A stretch of 64,000 nucleotides of DNA from an uncultured Gemmatimonadaceae bacterium (GTDB lineage: Bacteria > Gemmatimonadota > Gemmatimonadetes > Gemmatimonadales > Gemmatimonadaceae): positions 832,001 through 896,000 of the forward strand of contig CAVVTZ010000007.1 in the NCBI GenBank assembly GCA_963751275.1, read 5' to 3'. A model generated the notes under the pieces. That model searched no databases. It saw only the letters and a program-made list of their open reading frames with translations, and was not told the DNA's origin. Made by a program: the position numbers and the translations under genes. This document shows positions 43,342 through 55,593 of the stretch, piece after piece (position 1 is the first letter of the stretch; the number at the start of each line of letters is the position of its first letter).

Positions 43342-44331
43342 TCACAGCGTTCCACGCTGCTGTTTGAACGTCGCGACCGCTCCGACCATGCCCGCGCTTC
43401 CTTCCAATTCACCCGGCACGATGCGGCATGCGGCGACGGCGGGGCGGAAGGCGCGGCGCTTCACTTCGGCGCGCAGCGGCTCGAAGAGGCGCTCGCCGGC
43501 CTTGGTCACGCCGCCGGTGATCACCACCACGTCGGGATTCAGGATGTTCAGCAGGTTCGCGATGCCGGTGCCGAGGAATCGCGCGGTGTCGCGCACGATC
43601 TCGAGCGCGAGCGCGTCACCCTGGTTCGCGCCCTCGTACACGGTGGCGGCGGTGAGCTGCGCGAGATCGCCGCCCGACATCTTGCGCAGCGCGCTCTGCT
43701 CATCGCGCTCGAGCGCCTCGCGTGCGCGCTGCGCGATCGCGGGTCCGCTCGCGTACGCCTCCAGACAGCCGTAGTTGCCGCAGCGGCAATAGCGGCCCGT
43801 GGAATCGATGGTGGTGTGCCCGATCTCTCCCGCCACGTCGGACGATCCGTGATACAGCTTTCCCTCCAGGATCACGCCGCCGCCGATGCCGGTGCCGATC
43901 GTCACGCCCACCACGTTGCGCGCGCCCTTCGCGGCGCCGCGCCACCACTCGCCCACGGTGGCGCAGTTCGCGTCGTTGTCGAGCGTCACCGGCAGGCGAA
44001 TGCGCTCGAAGATCGCATCGCGCAGCGGGAAGTCGTGCCAGCCGAGGTTCGGCGCGATCACCACGATCCCCTTCTCGCGGTCGAGCGGACCGGGCGCGCC
44101 CACGCCGATGCCCAGGAAGTCCGAGGCCTGCGCCTTCTCACTCGCGAGGACGTCGGAGATGGTGCGCGTGATGAGCGCGACGATGCGGTCCACGACGCCT
44201 TCGGCGCCGCGCTGCGCATGCGTCGGCTCGGAGCGCACGGCGATCTCGCGGCTCCCGTCTTCGGGCATCGCGCCGACCACGATGTTCGTGCCGCCGAGGT
44301 CGACGCCGACGATGAATTTCTGGTTTGGCAT
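43342..44331 (-). CDS. ROK-family sugar kinase (glucokinase-like)
   Basis: GVDLGGT, NDAN, IGTGIGGG, GEIGH, CRCGNYGCLEAYASG. Confidence 0.93.
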   Translation of the reverse strand: MPNQKFIVGVDLGGTNIVVGAMPEDGSREIAVRSEPTHAQRGAEGVVDRIVALITRTISDVLASEKAQASDFLGIGVGAPGPLDREKGIVVIAPNLGWHDFPLRDAIFERIRLPVTLDNDANCATVGEWWRGAAKGARNVVGVTIGTGIGGGVILEGKLYHGSSDVAGEIGHTTIDSTGRYCRCGNYGCLEAYASGPAIAQRAREALERDEQSALRKMSGGDLAQLTAATVYEGANQGDALALEIVRDTARFLGTGIANLLNILNPDVVVITGGVTKAGERLFEPLRAEVKRRAFRPAVAACRIVPGELEGSAGMVGAVATFKQQRGTL

Positions 44332-44426
44332 TCTTCAGCGGGTGATGGAAAGTCTCAGAAGAGTCACGTTCGGGACTTGGGACTCGGGATTCGGTTCGGG
44401 CCGATGGCCGATGACGCGAGGTCAGG

Positions 44427-44516
44427 CAATCATGTCAATCATGTTCATCCTGTCTCAGGCCGTTGCGTTGCATTTCCTGGAACTGCATTGGACAGGATGA
44501 ACATGATCGACATGAT
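44427..44516. repeat. Family-C palindrome with nonamer-repeat arms, copy 2
   Basis: caatcatgtcaatcatgttcatcctgtc...gacaggatgaacatgatcgacatgat. Confidence 0.92.
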
Positions 44517-44552
44517 GTTCTCCTGCCGAGAAATGTGCGATCCACGAATCGC

Positions 44553-45659
44553 CTATTTGGCGGCCGAAGCGTCGAAGATCCCGTCAACGAGCGCCTCGAC
44601 TTGATCCACCGGCAGATCGCGCATGCATTTCCAGTGCGTGAGTGGGCAGGTGGGTGGGCCGTGGTGGTGGCACGGGCGGCAGGGGAGATCGGGCAGCTCC
44701 GCGATCTGTGAATGCGGCGCGAGGGGGCCGAAGCCGAAGGCCGGCACGGTCGGGCCGAAGATGGCGATCGTGGGGGTGTTCATCGCGCTCGCCAGGTGCT
44801 GCGGCGAGGAATCGTTCGTGATCAGCAACCGCGCGCGCGCGAGCAGCTCGGATGATCCGAGCAGACTCAGCTTGCCGGTGGCGTCCAGCGCCATGCCCGG
44901 CTCGGCCGCCGCGACGATGGCGGCTGCCAGCTCGGCGTCGTCCGGGCCGCCCACCACCACCAGTTTGTGCCGCCGGGAAAGGCGGGAAGCGAGCATACTA
45001 TAGTAGGGCCAGCGCTTGGTTCCCCAAACAGAACCCGGCGCTATCGCGATCAACGACTCGTGCGCCCACGCGCCGAGCACCGCGTCCACGGCGCTCTGTT
45101 CCGCGGCGCCCGGGTAGAGGCGCGGCCGCAACGCGCCCTCCGGCGGCTCCACATTCGGGTTCGACGGGAAGGCCAGCCGCCACAAGCGCTCGGCGTGGTG
45201 GCGGTCGTTCCGCCGGATCACGCGCATCGTGTAGAACAGACGGCCCGGCGCATCGGCGAAGCCCACGCGCTCATCGTATCCGGCGAGCGCGGCGAGCGCC
45301 GCCGTGCGCAGCGACCCCTGCGCGATGTACGCGATGCTCCGCGATGCCCTCCGCGAACGCATCGCCTCGCGCAGCCGCTGCGCGACGCGATGCAGTCCTG
45401 TGGCGCCCGAATCCTCGCCGCGCTTGTCGTAGATGTGGAGCGTGCGGATGTGCGGATTGTTCTTGAGAACCGGTGCGGCCGCCGGCGTGGTGAGCACGTC
45501 CACCGGGCCGCGCATCGCGAGTTCGGTGATGAGCGGCGTGGTGAGCACCGCATCGCCGAGGAAGCTCGTCTGCAGCACCAGCTGCTCCACGACGAGCGGT
45601 GGATCGAGCACGCGTTGCCGCTGGACCGCAGGAAGCTCGGCCGTCGGCGTCGCGGTCAT
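44553..45659 (-). CDS. waaF: LPS heptosyltransferase (GT9, WaaF-like)
   Basis: QTSFLGDAVL, APGSVWGTKRWP, TNDSSPQHLA, IFGPT, CRPC...CP..H.KCM. Confidence 0.88.
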   Translation of the reverse strand: MTATPTAELPAVQRQRVLDPPLVVEQLVLQTSFLGDAVLTTPLITELAMRGPVDVLTTPAAAPVLKNNPHIRTLHIYDKRGEDSGATGLHRVAQRLREAMRSRRASRSIAYIAQGSLRTAALAALAGYDERVGFADAPGRLFYTMRVIRRNDRHHAERLWRLAFPSNPNVEPPEGALRPRLYPGAAEQSAVDAVLGAWAHESLIAIAPGSVWGTKRWPYYSMLASRLSRRHKLVVVGGPDDAELAAAIVAAAEPGMALDATGKLSLLGSSELLARARLLITNDSSPQHLASAMNTPTIAIFGPTVPAFGFGPLAPHSQIAELPDLPCRPCHHHGPPTCPLTHWKCMRDLPVDQVEALVDGIFDASAAK

Positions 45660-45662
45660 CGG

Positions 45663-47459
<1,797 letters not shown>

Positions 47460-47520
47460 TCGATTCCCGGGGTATGCGACACGAGCTGCGGCGACGAAGA
47501 AATATAGCGGCGCGCCGCTT

Positions 47521-47896
47521 CGGGCGCCCGGCGGGCCGCCTGACGCGCCAGTCGCTCCGTAACTCGCGCACTGGCGCGCGCGAGTTCCTCGCTGAGCGCT
47601 GCGGCGGCCCGCCGGGGCGCCCTCGCTGCCGGGATCGCGAATGGAGCGACGTCGTTCAGCCCGTGGTTCCCAGTCTGGACCGGCGCGATGTCGTTCGGTC
47701 CGTGAACTCGACGCACGCGGCGGGCACGACTGCCGCCGCGGAGGGTATCGATCATCAGTCCTCGCGCGGGCAAGATGCTCGGCCGCTCGGAAGGCCCGGG
47801 CGGGCCGCCGCAGCGCTCAGCGAGGAACTCGCGCGCGTCAGTGCGCGAGTTACGGAGCGACTGGCGCGTCAGGCGGCTCGCCCGGGCCTTCCGAGC
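47521..47896. repeat. Pair of 78-bp inverted repeats (47536-47613 and 47799-47876), each inside a self-folding ~100-bp element
   Basis: One mismatch over 78 bp. Each contains the inner hairpin aactcgcgc...gcgcgagtt. The second is closed by gctcggaaggcccgg...ccgggccttccgagc. Confidence 0.9.
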
Positions 47897-47958
47897 GTGC
47901 GCGATGATTGCCCCTACTCGCGTGGCTGTCTAGTTTGAACGCCTCCCCCTGCTACGAC

Positions 47959-48867
47959 ATGGAACTCCATCGCCGCGCCGATCTGTTGGATCCCGCCACG
48001 ATCGCGGCGCTCGGGCGCATCGAGGTCGTCGCGCGTTGGGTCGTGGACGGGTTCCTCACCGGGCTGCATCGGTCGCCACGCAAGGGATTCTCGGTGGAGT
48101 TCGCGGAGCACCGGCCTTACCAGCCGGGCGACGAGCCGCGCACGCTCGACTGGAAGATCGCGGCGCGCTCGGACCGGCTCGTCGTGAAGCAGTTCGAGGA
48201 GGAGACCAATCTCCGCGCGACGATCATCCTCGACGTGAGCCGCTCGATGGCGTGGACCGGCGACCGGGCGCGGCTCACCAAGCTCGCGTACGCGGAGCGT
48301 CTCGCCGCGGCGCTCGCGCTCCTGCTGCTGCGCCAGCGCGATGCAGTGGGTCTCATCCGATTCGATGCGGAAGTGCGCACCGCGATCGCGCCGCGCGCGC
48401 GCGTCGGACAATGGAAGCGGCTCGTCGCGTCGCTCGACGATCCGGGCGCGGGGCGCGCGACGCGCGCGGGCGCGGCGTTCGCGCAGGCGGGGCGGCTCGT
48501 GCCGCGGCGCGGGTTGATCGTGCTCATCTCCGATCTCCTGCTCGAACCCGAAGACGTCCTGGGCCCGGTGCGCGCGCTGCGGAAGGCGGGGCATCAGGTG
48601 ACGGTGCTGCAGGTGCTCGATCCGGCGGAGCGCGATCTTGGCGCCTCCGCGGGCGAAGCGCTGTTCGTGGATCCGGAGAGCGACCTCACCGTGCCGGCGA
48701 GCGTCGCCGATGTGCGCGCGGCGTATCGCGCCACGGTGGAGCAGGCGCTCGGCGAATGGCGCGAGCAGCTCGCGCGCGCGGGCGCGACGCACGTGATCGT
48801 GGGCACCGACGCGCCGTTCGGCGTGCCGCTGCGCCGCGCCTTCGCCGCGCGGCAGCAGCTGCCGTGA
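47959..48867 (+). CDS. DUF58-domain (vWA-like) protein
   Basis: G.HRS..KGFSVEFAEHRPY.PGD..R.LDWK, ILDVSRSM, LISD. Confidence 0.92.
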   Translation: MELHRRADLLDPATIAALGRIEVVARWVVDGFLTGLHRSPRKGFSVEFAEHRPYQPGDEPRTLDWKIAARSDRLVVKQFEEETNLRATIILDVSRSMAWTGDRARLTKLAYAERLAAALALLLLRQRDAVGLIRFDAEVRTAIAPRARVGQWKRLVASLDDPGAGRATRAGAAFAQAGRLVPRRGLIVLISDLLLEPEDVLGPVRALRKAGHQVTVLQVLDPAERDLGASAGEALFVDPESDLTVPASVADVRAAYRATVEQALGEWREQLARAGATHVIVGTDAPFGVPLRRAFAARQQLP

Positions 48868-50681
48868 TCGCGTTCCTCTCGCCGGTGTGGCTGCTCGCCG
48901 CCCTCGCCGCGGCGGTGCCGCTCGTGATCCATCTGATGCGCCGGCGCATCGGCGCGCGCCTGGAATTCCCGGCGGTGCGCTGGCTCGAGCGCGCCGAACG
49001 CGAACACAGCCGCTCGCTCAAGCTGCGGAACCTGCTGCTCATGCTGCTGCGCGTGGCGGCCGTGTTGACGCTCGCGCTCGCGGCGGCGCGTCCGGTGGCG
49101 CGCATCGGCGGACCCGGGTTCCTCCATGCGCCCACCGCGGTCGCGATCGTGCTCGACAATTCGCTGAGCACCACGGCGATCGTGAACGGCCGTCCGGTGC
49201 TGGACGATCTCAAGGCCCGCGCGCTGGCGGTCGCCGCGCGTGCCTCCGGCGATGACCGGCTCTGGCTCGTCACCGCCGATGGCACGGTGAACGGCGGCTC
49301 GCGGGGCGCGGTGAGATCGCGCATCGCGCAGGCGCCGCCTCTCGCCGGCGCCGGCCAGCTCGAGAGCGCGGTGGAACAGGCGGCCGCGCTCGTCGCGGCG
49401 AGCCCGCTCGCCGACCGCGAGCTGGTGATCCTCACCGACGCGCAGGCCACCACGTGGGCCGCGCCCGTCGCGCTCGGCGACGTGCGCGTTTCCATATACC
49501 GGCCGGCCGGCGCGCCGCCGCCGGACCACGCGGTGATCATGGCGGCCGCCGAGCCGGCGCGCTGGACGCCGCGCGGCGCCGTGCAGGCGCGTGTCCGCGC
49601 GCCGGATTCCGTGACGTACCGCATCGAGCTGGGCTCGCGCACGCTGGCGCGCGGCACCGCCGGCCCGGACGGCGAGATCTTCGTGCGCGCGGCGCCGCCG
49701 GAGCTGGGATGGATCGCCGGCCTGGTGGAACTCGAGCCCGACGAACTGCGCGGCGACGACGCCCGCCATTTCGCCGTGTGGATCGGCGCGCCGCCGGCGG
49801 TGCGCGTCGACACGTCGGCCGGCATGTTCGCGCGCACCGCGATCGACGCGCTCGCGCAGGCCGGCCGCGTGACCGCCGGCAGCGCGATCACGATCGCCTC
49901 CGCCGACGCGGCGCAATCGCTGCCCGCGCTCCTCACGGCGCCGTCGGACCCCGTGCGCATCGGCGCCGCGAATCGCGCGCTCGAGCGGCTCGGAGTTCCG
50001 TGGCGCTTCGGCGACGCGCGCCGCGGCGCTGCGGCCGCGAGTGCGCCGGCGGGCGTGACCGTGCAGCTCCGCTACACGCTCGCGCGCGCCGGCGGCGCTG
50101 CGGCGGCGGCGAGTGACACCGTCGCGCTCGCGGGCGGAGAACCGTGGATCGTGCGCGGGCCCGGTTACGTGCTCATCGCGAGCCCGCTCACGCCCGATGC
50201 CACCGACTTCCCCGTGCGCGCGTCGTTCGTCCCGTGGATCGCCGATGCGCTGGCGCAGGACCTCGGGACGCAGGGGCGCGTGATCGAGGCCGCGCCGCTC
50301 GCGCGCGTCGCGCGTCCCGTGAACGCCGAGGCGCTCGAATCGCCGGCGGGCACGCGCGCGCCGCTGGACGGCGACTCGCTCGACGTGCCCGGCGAGCCTG
50401 GCGTCTACTGGTTCATCCGGTCCGGCGCGCGCGCCGGCGCGCTCGTGGTGGATGCCGCGCCCGGCGAGAGCGACCTCGCGCGCCTCGACAGCGTGACGCT
50501 CGCATCGCGCGTCACGGCGCGCGACGTTGCCGTCGTCACGGACAGCGCCATCTTCGCCGCCGCGACGTTCGCGTCCGCGCCGCGGCGCGCGGTGGGTGGC
50601 TGGCTGCTCGGCATCGCGCTCGCGCTGCTGCTCGTCGAGGGCGCGATCACCGCCGCGGGCCGCCGCGTGGACGCCGCGTAG
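48864..50681 (+). CDS. BatA-domain/vWA membrane protein
   Basis: FLSP.WL.....VPL.IHL.RR, LL.LLR.....L.LA.ARP, VLDNSLS, LTDAQ, C-terminal TM. Confidence 0.85.
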   Translation: MIAFLSPVWLLAALAAAVPLVIHLMRRRIGARLEFPAVRWLERAEREHSRSLKLRNLLLMLLRVAAVLTLALAAARPVARIGGPGFLHAPTAVAIVLDNSLSTTAIVNGRPVLDDLKARALAVAARASGDDRLWLVTADGTVNGGSRGAVRSRIAQAPPLAGAGQLESAVEQAAALVAASPLADRELVILTDAQATTWAAPVALGDVRVSIYRPAGAPPPDHAVIMAAAEPARWTPRGAVQARVRAPDSVTYRIELGSRTLARGTAGPDGEIFVRAAPPELGWIAGLVELEPDELRGDDARHFAVWIGAPPAVRVDTSAGMFARTAIDALAQAGRVTAGSAITIASADAAQSLPALLTAPSDPVRIGAANRALERLGVPWRFGDARRGAAAASAPAGVTVQLRYTLARAGGAAAAASDTVALAGGEPWIVRGPGYVLIASPLTPDATDFPVRASFVPWIADALAQDLGTQGRVIEAAPLARVARPVNAEALESPAGTRAPLDGDSLDVPGEPGVYWFIRSGARAGALVVDAAPGESDLARLDSVTLASRVTARDVAVVTDSAIFAAATFASAPRRAVGGWLLGIALALLLVEGAITAAGRRVDAA

Positions 50682-53600
50682 TGCTCACCGCACTGCTCGA
50701 CGCCGTCGAGGCGCTCCCGCTCTTCGCGCGCCTCGCCGGTTCGCTCCCCGCGCCGCGCGCCCGCACCACCGCCGGCGGATTGCCCGGCTCCAGCGATGCC
50801 GCGCTCGCCGCGGCGCTCTCGCGCGGCGCCGGCTCCGGCCGCGTCTTCATGGTGGTCACCGCCACGATCGCCGAGGCCGAGCGCTGGCTCGCGGACCTCG
50901 AGGCGCTGCTCGGCGCCGGCGGCGCCGCGCTCTACCCGCCGCGCGAAGGATTCGGCGAGATCGAGCCGCATCTCGAGGTCGCCGGCGAGCGCGTCGAGAC
51001 ACTCGAGCGTCTCGCGCGCGGCGAGGTGCGCATGCTCGTGACCACCGCGCGCGCGGTGCTCGAGCGCACGCGGCTCCCCAGCGTGGTGCGCACCGCGCGG
51101 CTCGAGCTCAAGGTGGGCGACGCGCACCGCCTCGAGTCGCTCGCGGACCACCTGCGCGCCGTGGGCTTCGAGCAGGTGCCGCTCGTGGACGAAGTCGCGC
51201 AGTTCTCGGTGCGCGGCGGCATTGTGGACATCTACAGCTTCGGCATGGCCGGCCCCGTACGCCTGGAGTTCTTCGGCGATGAGATCGCCTCGCTCCGCCA
51301 CTTCGACATCGCGACGCAGCTCTCCACGCGCGACGCCGAGCGTGCGGTGGTGCTGCCGGTGGAAGCGCCGGCGCGCGCCGAGGACGATGAACGGGAACTC
51401 CCGGCGTCCGCCGGCGAGCGCGGCGCGCTCACCGATCTGCTGCCGCCCGACGCGCTGCTCATTCTTCCCTCGCATGCGCATCTCGAGCCCGAGATGCGGC
51501 GCGCGTGGGACGAAGCGCAGCATCACGCGGAGCTCGCGCGCCGCCGCGGCGAGGACACGCCGGGCCGCGACGAACTCTTCCGCTCGCCCGCGGACGCGCT
51601 CGGCGATCTCGCCGCCTTCGGCACGATCGCCGTGGTCGAGCGCAGTGCCGACCCCGAGGCGGAGCCGGCGCAATTCCTCTTTCCGCTGCGCCCGCCGGAG
51701 CCGGTGGAGCGCGACATCAAGCGGCTGCGCCGCCTCGTGGACGATGGGATGCCCACGATCATCCTCTGCGACAACGCGGGGCAGGCCGAGCGCCTCGATG
51801 AATTGCTGAGCGAGAGCGCGGCGCGCCCGTCGAGCGCGGGGCTCGCGGTGGGCGTGCTCGACGGCGGCTTCGTGGTTCCGCCCGCCGGCGGTCACGCCGG
51901 CCTGCGCGTGCTCACCGACCACGAGATCTTCCGGCGCGAGCGCCGCATCCGCCGCGCGCGCCGCTATGCCAGCGGCGCCGCCGGCGCGGTGAACGTCGCC
52001 GCGCTCCTCGCCGGTGACTACGTGGTGCATCTCGAGCACGGCGTGGGGATCTTCCGCGGCATCGAGCGCATCTTCGTGGGCGAGAGCACGATCGAGGCGG
52101 CGGTCATCGAGTACGAAGGGGGCGACCGGCTCAACGTGCCGCTGTATCGCATCGACCAGATCGAGCGCTACCGCGCGGCGCGCGACACCGACGATGATTC
52201 CCCGCCGCCGCGCCTGCACAAGCTGGGCGGCCGCAGCTGGGCGCGCCAGCGCGACCGCACGCGCGCCGCGCTCCAGGAGATGACCGAGGAACTGCTCGTG
52301 CTCTACGCGCGCCGCCGCGTCGCCTCCAAGCAGCCCGCGCATCCCGACGGCAGCTGGCAGCGGCAACTCGAGTCGAGCTTCCTCTTCGAGGACACGCCCG
52401 ACCAGCGGCGCGCGACGGTGGAGGTGAAGCGCGACATGGAATCGCCGCGACCGATGGACCGCCTGCTCGTGGGCGATGTCGGCTACGGAAAAACCGAGAT
52501 CGCCGTGCGCGCCGCCTTCAAGGCGGTGCAGTCCGGCCGCCAGGTGGCCGTGCTCGTGCCCACGACGATCCTCGCCGAGCAGCACGGCCGCACCTTCGGC
52601 GACCGCCTCGCCGATTTCCCGATCAAGATCGCCACGCTCTCGCGCTTCCAGAGCGCCAAGGAGCAGGCCGCCGTGCTCGTTGCGCTCGCGGCCAAGCAGA
52701 TCGACATCGTCATCGGCACGCACCGCCTGCTCAGCCCCGACGTGAAATTCGCCGACCTCGGCCTCGTCATCGTCGATGAAGAACACCGGTTCGGGGTCAA
52801 GCACAAGGAACGCCTCAAGCAGCTCAAGCTCGAGACCGACGTGCTCACGCTCACCGCCACGCCCATCCCGCGCACGCTCCATCAATCGCTCGCCGGCCTG
52901 CGCGACATGACCGTGATCGAAACGCCGCCGCGCGACCGTTCGCCGGTGCTCACCTTCGTCGAGCCGTGGGATGACGGACTCATCGAGGAAGGGATCGCGC
53001 GCGAGCTGGATCGCGGCGGCCAGGTCTTCTTCGTGCACAACCGCATCGAGACGATCGAAGCGATCGCCGATCATGTGCGCCGTCTCGCCCCGCGCGCGGC
53101 GGTGGCCGTGGCGCACGGGCAGATGCGCGAGCGCGATCTGGACGATGTGATGCGCCGCTTCGTGGCGGGCGAGATCACGGTGCTCGTCAGCACGCTCATC
53201 GTCGAATCAGGCCTGGACGTGCCCAATGCGAACACGATGTTCGTGAGCCGCGCCGATCACCTGGGCCTCGCGCAACTCTACCAGCTCCGCGGCCGCGTGG
53301 GCCGCTCGCACCGCCGCGCCTACTGCTACCTGCTCGTGCCCGACGAAGTGGACCCCGATGCGGAGCGCCGCCTGGAAGTGCTCGAGCATCACACCGAGCT
53401 CGGCGCCGGCTACCGCGTGGCGATGAAGGACCTCGAGATGCGCGGGGCGGGGAATCTGCTCGGCCCCGAGCAGAGCGGCTTCGTGCAGGCGGTGGGCTTC
53501 GAGCTGTATCTCAAGATGCTCGAGCAGACGGTGCATCGCGTGATGCGCGGCCCCGACGCGCCCGCCATCATCCCGGCGGACGTGACGCTCGACGCGCCGA

Positions 53601-54010
53601 GCTACCTGCCGGATGACTATCTCGGCGTGCCGGAGGTGAAGCTCGGCTTCTACCGGCGCGTCTCGGCGGCCAGCGATCCGGCGGAGATCGACGCGATGCG
53701 CGCCGAGCTGCGCGACCGGTTCGGCCCGCTGCCGCCGCCCGCCGAGGCGCTGCTGCACGCGGCGCTCTTGCGGGTGTTGGGGGGCCGGTTGGGGATCGAG
53801 GGCGTGCTGGTGCGCGGCGACGAGGCGCGTATTACATTTAGGGCTGATGCGGCGCCTCGATTGAAGGGGCTGACCGCGGCCTTCCACGAGGTGCAATTCC
53901 AGGCCGAAGTCCGCCGCACGAACCCGCTGTCGCTCAAGCTGACGCGACTGGGAGGCGCTACGCTGCTGGATGGCCTCGCGCGGGCGCTGAGAAGCCTGAC
54001 ACGATCCTGA
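50681..54010 (+). CDS. mfd: Transcription-repair coupling factor
   Basis: VRGGIVDIY, DYVVH.EHGVG, MDRLLVGDVGYGKTE, DEEHRFGV, TATPIPRTL, QLRGRVGRS, DLEMRGAGNLLG. Confidence 0.97.
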   Translation: MLTALLDAVEALPLFARLAGSLPAPRARTTAGGLPGSSDAALAAALSRGAGSGRVFMVVTATIAEAERWLADLEALLGAGGAALYPPREGFGEIEPHLEVAGERVETLERLARGEVRMLVTTARAVLERTRLPSVVRTARLELKVGDAHRLESLADHLRAVGFEQVPLVDEVAQFSVRGGIVDIYSFGMAGPVRLEFFGDEIASLRHFDIATQLSTRDAERAVVLPVEAPARAEDDERELPASAGERGALTDLLPPDALLILPSHAHLEPEMRRAWDEAQHHAELARRRGEDTPGRDELFRSPADALGDLAAFGTIAVVERSADPEAEPAQFLFPLRPPEPVERDIKRLRRLVDDGMPTIILCDNAGQAERLDELLSESAARPSSAGLAVGVLDGGFVVPPAGGHAGLRVLTDHEIFRRERRIRRARRYASGAAGAVNVAALLAGDYVVHLEHGVGIFRGIERIFVGESTIEAAVIEYEGGDRLNVPLYRIDQIERYRAARDTDDDSPPPRLHKLGGRSWARQRDRTRAALQEMTEELLVLYARRRVASKQPAHPDGSWQRQLESSFLFEDTPDQRRATVEVKRDMESPRPMDRLLVGDVGYGKTEIAVRAAFKAVQSGRQVAVLVPTTILAEQHGRTFGDRLADFPIKIATLSRFQSAKEQAAVLVALAAKQIDIVIGTHRLLSPDVKFADLGLVIVDEEHRFGVKHKERLKQLKLETDVLTLTATPIPRTLHQSLAGLRDMTVIETPPRDRSPVLTFVEPWDDGLIEEGIARELDRGGQVFFVHNRIETIEAIADHVRRLAPRAAVAVAHGQMRERDLDDVMRRFVAGEITVLVSTLIVESGLDVPNANTMFVSRADHLGLAQLYQLRGRVGRSHRRAYCYLLVPDEVDPDAERRLEVLEHHTELGAGYRVAMKDLEMRGAGNLLGPEQSGFVQAVGFELYLKMLEQTVHRVMRGPDAPAIIPADVTLDAPSYLPDDYLGVPEVKLGFYRRVSAASDPAEIDAMRAELRDRFGPLPPPAEALLHAALLRVLGGRLGIEGVLVRGDEARITFRADAAPRLKGLTAAFHEVQFQAEVRRTNPLSLKLTRLGGATLLDGLARALRSLTRS

Positions 54011-54095
54011 TCCTCTTTCGTCTGCCGCAACGCGTGATGCGTCGGACGGGCCCCGCTTCGCCAGTCACGATTCACGCCCACACCCACCCGATCAC

Positions 54096-55556
54096 ATGAA
54101 GCGTCGCACCGTTCTCGCCCTCACCGCCGCCCTCACGCTGTCCTTCGGCGTCGCCGCCTGTCAGGGTCTCAAGGAAGCGCTCACCGCGCACGTCAACGTC
54201 GCCGCGAAGGCCGGCTCGCAGGAGCTCTCGGTGGACCAGCTCAGCAAGCTGCTGGCCGGCGTGCAGGTGCCGCTGACCCCCGACATCGCCAAGGCGATCG
54301 CGAACATCTGGGTCGACTACCAGCTGCTCGGCACGGCGGCGGCGCGGAACGACACGCTCAACGACCCGAAGCTCGTGGACGACGCGCTGTGGGCGTTCCT
54401 CGCGCAGCAGCGCGTGGGCAAGTATCACGAGCAGATCGTGAAAACGTACAACGTGCCTTCCGTGGCCGGCCCAGCGGAGTACGCCAAGGGCACCTATCTC
54501 GCCGCGCAGCACATCCTGTTCATCGTGCAGCCGACGGCGACGCCGGCGCAGAAGGACTCGGTGCGCCGCGAAGCGCAGAAGGTGCACGGCATGCTGACGT
54601 CCGCGAACTTCTCGCAGATGGCCGAGAAGTACAGCGGCGATCCGGGTTCGGCGGGCAAGGGCGGCGAGCTCGGCATCTTCCAGAAGGGGCAGATGGTGCC
54701 GCAGTTCGAGCAGGCGGTGCTGGCGCTGCAGCCGGGCCAGATCTCGGGCCTGGTGGAGACGCAGTTCGGCTTCCACATCATTCGCCGGAACACGTACGCC
54801 GAGGTGAAGGATGAGTTCGAGCGCGCGGCGAACGGGCCGGCGATCCAGAAGGCCGACAGCATCTACATGACGGGCCTCGAGACGGCGGCCAACATCGTGA
54901 TCAAGCCGGATGCGGCGACCACGGTGAAGACCGTCGTGACGGATCTCGACGCGCACACGAAGGACAACACCGTGCTCGCCACGTACAAGGGCGGCGACTT
55001 CACCGTCGCGCGGCTCGTGCGGTGGCTGGAGGCGGCGCCGCAGAAGGAGCAGATGGCGGACCAGGTGCGGCAGATGCCGGACTCGTCGGTCACCGGCATC
55101 CTGAAGCAGATCCTGCGCAACGAGCTCGTGCTCAAGGCGGCGGACAGCGCGAAGGTCGTGATCGATTCCGCGGAGATGGCGACGATCCACCAGCGCTACA
55201 CGGCGGCCGTGGTCAACTCGTGGACGCAGCTCGGCATCACGCCGACGGTCCTGGCGGACAGCGCCAAGACGTCGGCGGCGCGCGAGAAGGTGGCGGCCGG
55301 CATGGCGAACGCGTTCATGATGCGCTTGATGAACCAGCAGGCGCAGTTCGTGGCGATCGCGCCGCCGGTGGAGAACGTGGCGCGCGCCAAGTACGGCGCC
55401 AACGTGAACACCGCGGGGCTGCAGCGCGCGGTGGAGATGGCGACGAAGGCGAAGAAGACGGCCGATTCGCTCAAGGCCGCGACGCGCCCGCCCAGTGAGG
55501 TCCCGATGGGGCTGCCGCCCGCCGCGCCGCCGGCTCCGCCGAAGCCGAAACCCTGA
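54096..55556 (+). CDS. PpiC/parvulin-type peptidyl-prolyl isomerase lipoprotein
   Basis: Lipobox VAAC, AQHILF, A.KYS.DPGS...GGELG.F.KGQMVPQFE, VETQFGFHII. Confidence 0.9.
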   Translation: MKRRTVLALTAALTLSFGVAACQGLKEALTAHVNVAAKAGSQELSVDQLSKLLAGVQVPLTPDIAKAIANIWVDYQLLGTAAARNDTLNDPKLVDDALWAFLAQQRVGKYHEQIVKTYNVPSVAGPAEYAKGTYLAAQHILFIVQPTATPAQKDSVRREAQKVHGMLTSANFSQMAEKYSGDPGSAGKGGELGIFQKGQMVPQFEQAVLALQPGQISGLVETQFGFHIIRRNTYAEVKDEFERAANGPAIQKADSIYMTGLETAANIVIKPDAATTVKTVVTDLDAHTKDNTVLATYKGGDFTVARLVRWLEAAPQKEQMADQVRQMPDSSVTGILKQILRNELVLKAADSAKVVIDSAEMATIHQRYTAAVVNSWTQLGITPTVLADSAKTSAAREKVAAGMANAFMMRLMNQQAQFVAIAPPVENVARAKYGANVNTAGLQRAVEMATKAKKTADSLKAATRPPSEVPMGLPPAAPPAPPKPKP

Positions 55557-55593
55557 ACCGGACCGCCATTCAGCGTCCGGGGTATTCGAGAGC

